NCBI GenBank assembly: GCA_949295475.1
Contig: CASFLC010000085.1
Span: forward strand, 1-41,021
Source of the DNA: an uncultured Pseudomonadota bacterium
GTDB taxonomy: Bacteria; Pseudomonadota; Alphaproteobacteria; RF32; CAG-239
Length of the DNA stretch: 41,021 nucleotides
Direction: 5' to 3'
Shown here: positions 35,287 to 41,021 of the stretch, piece by piece
How positions within the stretch are numbered: the first letter of the stretch is position 1
Layout of the letters: each line of letters opens with the position of its first letter
Notes under the pieces: generated by a model
What the model saw: only the letters and a program-made list of their open reading frames with translations
Told to the model about the DNA's origin: nothing
Databases searched by the model: none
Translations under genes and position numbers: made by a program

Positions 35287-35958
35287 CTATTGGTTCCTCA
35301 GGCTTTCTTCTTTGATGGTTATATCGTTGTGGCCGGTGAAAATCAGAAGATCTTCGTGATTGTAAAATTCGAATCCGTCGGCAATCAAATCTCCGAAATA
35401 TCCCTGAGCCTTCACCTGATTGACACCGATGCCGTGTCCGGTTTTGAAGTCATAGTCGGCATCAAAGGTATAGACGGTCATTCCTTCGCTATAGAAGAGT
35501 TCGACGTTGTCGGTGAGCCGTATGACGTTGCGGTTTTGGTCATAATAACCGGTGGGAGCTTTGATGTTGGCCCAGTTGGCGTCTCCGACCGGGAGCAAAC
35601 CTTCTGGCTTTATCAATTTGATCAGTTTTGAGCCCGGAGAGGTTTCGTCTATCCGCTCGGCAATGAAATTATTGATTTTGTTGTTTTTATCCGTGATATA
35701 AAGAACCGTGTTTTCAACATGCAGCTTTTCCAGCTCGCCCTGTTTGGGGCGGGTGATGTCCAGCTTGAATTCCCGGGCGTCTTTTTTTAGCGACGGGAAA
35801 ATCAGCAGCAGGCCGATTAATACGGCTGCGGCACTTGGCAAAACCAGTTTGGCAATGCGCACAAAACGGGTATGCTTGCTGACTCTAGGCATTGTGGCCG
35901 AAAACATGGCTTCGGCGTCAGCATTGAAATAGCGGTCTATTTTGCTTTTATCAAACAA
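35287..35958 (-). CDS. lptC: LPS export periplasmic protein LptC
   Basis: HTRFVRIAKLVLP then a TM helix, jellyroll-like C-terminus; synteny; TTG start after GGAG. Confidence 0.85.
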   Translation of the reverse strand: MFDKSKIDRYFNADAEAMFSATMPRVSKHTRFVRIAKLVLPSAAAVLIGLLLIFPSLKKDAREFKLDITRPKQGELEKLHVENTVLYITDKNNKINNFIAERIDETSPGSKLIKLIKPEGLLPVGDANWANIKAPTGYYDQNRNVIRLTDNVELFYSEGMTVYTFDADYDFKTGHGIGVNQVKAQGYFGDLIADGFEFYNHEDLLIFTGHNDITIKEESLRNQ

Positions 35959-36927
35959 TCAGGCTACTCCGGCACGCAGACAATCATGCATGTGAATAAT
36001 TCCGACCGGTTTTCCGTCCTGAACGACGAACAGCTGAGTAATGCCTTTGCCGGTGTTGTTCATCACGCCCAGAGCTTCCGCCGCCAAAACGTCGGGGGCA
36101 ATGGTTTGGGGATTGCGGGTCATGACCGACGACGGTTTTTTGGTGAGAATCTGAGGACTCAGATTGCGTCTGAGGTCGCCGTCGGTGATTATGCCTTCCA
36201 AGTTTCCTGCGGGGTCGACGATACCGACACAGCCCAGCATTTTGGAAGTCATGGTGAGCAGGGCTTCCTGCATGGAAGCATTTTCGTCGATTAAAGGAAC
36301 TTCGTCACCGGTGTGCATGAGATCCGAAACCTTTTGCAAAAAGGCGCCAAGCTTTCCGCCCGGGTGGCGTTGTTTGAAATCGGTTTTGGAAAATCCCTTG
36401 CGTTCAAGCATGCAAATGGCCAGAATATCGCCCAGCACCATTGTGGCGGTGGTTGACGAGGTCGGCGCCAGGCCCAGCGGACAGGCTTCTCCGTCATCGG
36501 GGAGTTTCAGCAACACGTCCCCGGCACGGCCAAGGGCGCTGTCCGGGTTTTTGGTGACGGCAATCAACGGAATGCCATATCTTTTGCAATAAATAATGAT
36601 ATCGGAAAGCTCTTTGGTCTCGCCGCTGTTGGAAATGGCAATTACCGAATCGTCAGCAGTGAGCATGCCAAGATCGCCATGGCTGGCTTCTCCCGGATGA
36701 ACAAAAAAGGACGGGGTTCCCGTGGAGGCCAGCGTTGCGGCAATTTTGGTGCCGACGTGTCCGGATTTGCCCATGCCGGTAACGATAATGCGCCCGGCCG
36801 TTTTTTGCATGATGTCCAACGCTTTGACAAGATTGTCGTCAAGCTCGTCTTCCATCATGCGCAACGCTTCAACTTCTTTGTCTATGGTTCTTTTGGCTGA
36901 AGCCAAGTCTTGTTTTTGTTCCGTCAT
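35959..36927 (-). CDS. kdsD: Arabinose-5-phosphate isomerase (KdsD/KpsF/GutQ)
   Basis: GMGKSGH, ASTGTP, EASHGDLG, EACPLGLAPTSST, HPGGKLG, CBS pair. Confidence 0.95.
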   Translation of the reverse strand: MTEQKQDLASAKRTIDKEVEALRMMEDELDDNLVKALDIMQKTAGRIIVTGMGKSGHVGTKIAATLASTGTPSFFVHPGEASHGDLGMLTADDSVIAISNSGETKELSDIIIYCKRYGIPLIAVTKNPDSALGRAGDVLLKLPDDGEACPLGLAPTSSTTATMVLGDILAICMLERKGFSKTDFKQRHPGGKLGAFLQKVSDLMHTGDEVPLIDENASMQEALLTMTSKMLGCVGIVDPAGNLEGIITDGDLRRNLSPQILTKKPSSVMTRNPQTIAPDVLAAEALGVMNNTGKGITQLFVVQDGKPVGIIHMHDCLRAGVA

Positions 36928-37055
36928 AAAAACCTCTGTTTATAAAAATAAAGATATGCAGAGGTTAGACTTTTATTCGGCCGATGGCAAGATTTTTTTA
37001 AGTTGTGCGGATAAGCCGGCAGAATTAAGTTGCATAAAATGTTTTTTATGATAAA

Positions 37056-37469
37056 TTGTCCGAGCAAGATATTTATGAAAAAAAATTAGTATGTATGAAA
37101 GTGTTTATTGTGTTTTGCACGGTTTTGGTTTTGCTGTGCTACGGGACATTTTTTTATGTTCCCGGTGTTAAAGATTATGGACAGGGTGTGTTACAATTCA
37201 GTGAAACCGCCAACAGCTTTTTTATTGAGTGTCGAACAGGCAGAAAAGAAGTTAGAGCTTTGTATTATAATTTCGATGACAAAATGCATGCGGGATTAAA
37301 AGTTTCTTATTTGCAGTTTGACGGCAGTGAAAAAGTTTATGTTACGCCCTCAATGCGTTCAAAAGAGCAGCTGGCGAAGATTTTACATCGAATCAATATG
37401 GTTCCTGTTTGGTTGGGAGTCGTTTTGGTCGGGTGTTTCTTGGGTTTCGGCCGGGGAAGCATGTGGTGA
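37056..37469 (+). CDS. Hypothetical membrane protein with two TM helices; start uncertain (37056, 37091 region or 37095)
   Basis: N- and C-terminal hydrophobic segments; followed by a terminator; AT-rich. Confidence 0.55.
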   Translation: MSEQDIYEKKLVCMKVFIVFCTVLVLLCYGTFFYVPGVKDYGQGVLQFSETANSFFIECRTGRKEVRALYYNFDDKMHAGLKVSYLQFDGSEKVYVTPSMRSKEQLAKILHRINMVPVWLGVVLVGCFLGFGRGSMW

Positions 37470-37482
37470 GGGACATTATTAC

Positions 37483-37509
37483 AAAAAGCGTCTTTTGACG
37501 CTTTTTTTT
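37483..37509 (+). terminator. Intrinsic terminator
   Basis: AAAAAGCGTC-tttt-GACGCTTTTTTTT. Confidence 0.8.
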
Positions 37510-37672
37510 GCGGCCGTTGGACTCAAATTGACTCAAAAAGACGACGGCGGCCGGCGCACTGTTTTTCTTTTGATTTGAATCTGGCCGCGACACAGCGAAT
37601 CGAAAAAAAAGAAAAGTTAATGAAAGGTAAAGCTTTTTTGGACTCAAAAAACGCTTTTTTTGTAAAAAGGGG

Positions 37673-37701
37673 TTGACTTCGGAGATTTATGAATCTAGTA
37701 T
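37673..37701 (+). promoter_or_regulatory. sigma70 promoter of the str operon
   Basis: TTGACT-N17-TAGTAT with an A/T-rich upstream tract. Confidence 0.7.
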
Positions 37702-37708
37702 GCCGAGA

Positions 37709-37765
37709 CTCTTGAAAAGGACAGGAGGCTTCAGGTTTGTCTGCCGCACGGGTCTTTTTCGGGAG
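37709..37765 (+). promoter_or_regulatory. Structured rpsL 5' leader (candidate cis-regulatory RNA)
   Basis: 14-bp stem CUCUUGAAAAGGAC/GUCUUUUUCGGGAG with G-U pairs enclosing a ~29-nt inner element. Confidence 0.5.
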
Positions 37766-37803
37766 ATTTTTGTAACAATAATAATACTTTAAGGAAATTT
37801 GTG

Positions 37804-38175
37804 ATGCCTACAATTAATCAGTTAATTCGTAAATCACGAACACCCAAAGTGAAGAGAAACAAAGTTCCGGCTTTGAAAGCTTGCCCTCAAAAACGCGGTG
37901 TTTGTACAAGGGTTTATACAACGACCCCGAAAAAACCGAACTCCGCTTTGCGTAAAGTGGCTCGCGTTCGTCTGACTAACGGCTTTGAAGTAATCAGTTA
38001 TATCCCTGGTGAAGGTCATAATCTTCAAGAACACTCAGTGGTACTGATTAGAGGCGGCCGTGTAAAAGACTTACCTGGTGTTCGTTATCATATCATTCGT
38101 GGTACCTTGGATACTCAGGGTGTATCTAAACGTCGTCAACGTCGTTCTCTGTACGGCGCCAAGAGACCGAAATAA
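37804..38175 (+). CDS. rpsL: 30S ribosomal protein S12
   Basis: [32 protein letters not shown]. Confidence 0.99.
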   Translation: MPTINQLIRKSRTPKVKRNKVPALKACPQKRGVCTRVYTTTPKKPNSALRKVARVRLTNGFEVISYIPGEGHNLQEHSVVLIRGGRVKDLPGVRYHIIRGTLDTQGVSKRRQRRSLYGAKRPK

Positions 38176-38184
38176 GGAGTATAG

Positions 38185-38658
<474 letters not shown>

Positions 38659-38682
38659 TCTGCAACGTATAGGGAAAATACA

Positions 38683-40758
38683 ATGGCTCGTACACATAAA
38701 TTGGAATTGTACAGAAATATCGGTATTATGGCTCATATTGATGCCGGTAAAACTACTACCAGTGAGCGTATTCTTTACTATACCGGACAGACACACAAAA
38801 TCGGTGAAGTGCATGAAGGCGCCGCAACCATGGACTGGATGGAACAGGAGCAGGAACGCGGTATTACCATTACTTCTGCCGCAACAACCTGTTTTTGGAA
38901 AGATCATCGAATCAATTTGATTGATACGCCCGGACACGTTGACTTTACTGTCGAGGTTGAACGTTCGCTGCGCGTCTTGGACGGCGCAATTACCGTCTTT
39001 GATTCGGTCGCCGGTGTCGAACCTCAGTCCGAAACGGTTTGGAGACAGGCTGACAAATATGGTGTTCCGCGCATCTGTTTTTGCAATAAAATGGATCGTA
39101 TCGGTGCCAACTTCTTCCGTTGCCTGGACATGATCGTCGACCGTCTGGGGGCCAGACCTTTGGCGATGCAGCTGCCGATTGGTGCCGAAGCCGATTTTCG
39201 TGGCGTTGTCGATTTGCTGAATATGAACGCAATCGTTTATACCGGCGATACGGCCGATTCTCCGATTGAAATTCAGGAAATTCCGGCTGATCTTAAGGAA
39301 AAAGCCGAGGAATATCATCATCAGTTGGTCGAAATGGCTGTCGAAGAAGACGAGCAGGCCATGGAAGATTATCTGGAAGGCAAAGAAGTTTCCGTCGAAA
39401 CGCTGAAGAAATGTATTCGCAAGGGAACTTTGGCTCAGCATTTTGTGCCGGTGTTCTGCGGTACTGCTTTTAAAAACAAAGGTGTTCAGCCTTTGTTGGA
39501 TGCGGTTATTGATTATCTGCCTTCTCCGGTAGATATTCCGTCGATTAAAGGTGTTCAGCCCGGAACGGATAAAGAAGAAGTCAGACATCCCAGCGACGAT
39601 GAACCGTTGGCAGCCTTGGCTTTTAAGATCATGAACGACCCGTTTGTCGGTTCTTTGACTTTTACCCGTATTTATTCCGGTACCATGACTGCCGGTTCTT
39701 ATGTCTATAACTCGGTTAAAGATAAAAAAGAACGCGTCGGCCGCATGCTTTTGATGCATTCAAACAAGCGTGAGGATTTGAAAGAAGCGCATGCCGGAGA
39801 TATCGTCGCACTGGCCGGTTTGAAAGATACAACGACCGGTGATACTCTTTGCGACGCCTCGAAGCCGATTGTTTTGGAGAACATGGTATTTCCGGAACCG
39901 GTTATTGAATTGGCCGTTGAACCGAAAACCAAAGCCGACGTCGAAAAGATGGGCTTGGCTTTGTCTCGTCTGGCAATGGAAGATCCTTCCTTTAAGGTGG
40001 CTTCCGATCCGGACAGCGGGCAGACCATTATTAAAGGCATGGGCGAGTTGCACCTTGAAATTATCGTTGACCGTCTGAAGAGAGAATTCAAAGTAGACGC
40101 CAATGTCGGCGAGCCTCAGGTTGCTTACCGCGAAACCTTTACCAAGCCCTGCGATGTCGAATATACCCATAAAAAACAGTCCGGCGGCGCCGGTCAGTTT
40201 GCCAAGGTTAAAATTCATTTTGAACCGATTGAAGGGTATAACGGCTTTGAGTTCGAAAATACCGTTGTCGGCGGTAATGTTCCGAAGGAATATATCCCCG
40301 GTGTCGAAAAAGGTTTGCGCTCCGCGATGGATGCCGGTGTTATTGCCGGGTATCCGGTCAGCGGCGTGAAATGCACCCTGTATGACGGCGCTTATCATGA
40401 AGTCGACTCCAATGTTATGTGTTTTGAAATTGCCGCCCGCGCCGCCTTCCGCGAAGGCATGCGTCAGGCTAATCCGAAACTGCTGGAGCCGGTTATGAAA
40501 GTTGAAGTGGTAACGCCGGAAGAATATATGGGTGATATCATCGGTGACTTGAATTCCCGCCGCGGTATGGTTAACGGTATGGATCAGCGCGCCAATGCCC
40601 GCGTGATTGATGCCTCCGTTCCGCTGGCCAATATGTTCGGTTATGTTAACACGCTGCGTTCGCTGTCTCAGGGCCGCGCTCAGTTTACCATGGTGTTTGA
40701 CCATTACGCTGAGGTTCCGAAAGATATTGCGGACAAGGTAAAAGCAAAGAATGCCTAA
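38683..40758 (+). CDS. fusA: Elongation factor G
   Basis: [49 protein letters not shown]. Confidence 0.99.
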   Translation: MARTHKLELYRNIGIMAHIDAGKTTTSERILYYTGQTHKIGEVHEGAATMDWMEQEQERGITITSAATTCFWKDHRINLIDTPGHVDFTVEVERSLRVLDGAITVFDSVAGVEPQSETVWRQADKYGVPRICFCNKMDRIGANFFRCLDMIVDRLGARPLAMQLPIGAEADFRGVVDLLNMNAIVYTGDTADSPIEIQEIPADLKEKAEEYHHQLVEMAVEEDEQAMEDYLEGKEVSVETLKKCIRKGTLAQHFVPVFCGTAFKNKGVQPLLDAVIDYLPSPVDIPSIKGVQPGTDKEEVRHPSDDEPLAALAFKIMNDPFVGSLTFTRIYSGTMTAGSYVYNSVKDKKERVGRMLLMHSNKREDLKEAHAGDIVALAGLKDTTTGDTLCDASKPIVLENMVFPEPVIELAVEPKTKADVEKMGLALSRLAMEDPSFKVASDPDSGQTIIKGMGELHLEIIVDRLKREFKVDANVGEPQVAYRETFTKPCDVEYTHKKQSGGAGQFAKVKIHFEPIEGYNGFEFENTVVGGNVPKEYIPGVEKGLRSAMDAGVIAGYPVSGVKCTLYDGAYHEVDSNVMCFEIAARAAFREGMRQANPKLLEPVMKVEVVTPEEYMGDIIGDLNSRRGMVNGMDQRANARVIDASVPLANMFGYVNTLRSLSQGRAQFTMVFDHYAEVPKDIADKVKAKNA

Positions 40759-40881
40759 TGTTTGAAGAGATACGGAGTAATTGAGAAGTTTTGTGTTTCT
40801 TGATTGCTCCGATGTCTTTTGCATCAGGCGAAGATGATATTTTTTATTTAACTACTTAATTTTATTTTATTGGAGAATAAA

Positions 40882-41021
40882 ATGGCAAAAGAGAAATTTG
40901 AGCGGACGAAGCCGCATTGCAACATCGGGACGATCGGACACGTAGACCACGGGAAGACGACGTTGACGGCGGCGATCACGAAGGTATTGGCCGAGCAGGG
41001 CGGCGCGAGCTTTACGGCGTA
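40882..41021 (+). CDS. tuf: Elongation factor Tu, 3'-truncated (absent from the ORF track)
   Basis: GGAG RBS, then [46 protein letters not shown]. Confidence 0.98.
   Translation, partial: MAKEKFERTKPHCNIGTIGHVDHGKTTLTAAITKVLAEQGGASFTA

Noticed and set aside
37804-38175. Streptomycin-resistance substitutions in S12
   Set aside because: PKKPNS and RVKDLP motifs are wild type.

Overview
Gene-dense chromosomal core region (~47% GC by eye) of an alphaproteobacterium. The kdsD-lptC-lptA-lptB-rpoN-hpf-ptsN order, DUF1150, ELM1-family protein, AsmA, TolB and RquA point to a Rhodospirillales-like lineage; a host or gut association is only an inference. Contents: ettA (partial), a DenV-like glycosylase coupled to a csp gene, cbpA-like dnaJ with DUF1349, small exported proteins, an ELM1-family gene, a tightly coupled minus-strand operon (secreted chagasin-like protein, rsmE, NarL-type regulator, stand-alone Hpt, divergent rhodoquinone-synthesis rquA), cmk-rpsA, GNAT, lepA, a three-copy imperfect palindromic intergenic element, deoB-pgeF, a DjlA-like co-chaperone with a triplicated membrane anchor, amidase, yqgF, isolated tolB, cdd-punA-deoC-deoA, a giant AsmA with a coiled-coil tail, divergent galU, infA, an orphan Cys-rich PAS histidine kinase, the lpt/rpoN cluster and the rpsL-rpsG-fusA-tuf operon. 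No rRNA, tRNA, CRISPR array, integrase or transposase was seen. The best candidate for an undescribed system is the regulator-Hpt-rquA module, a possible phosphorelay linked to rhodoquinone synthesis. All family calls come from recalled motifs, not database searches.
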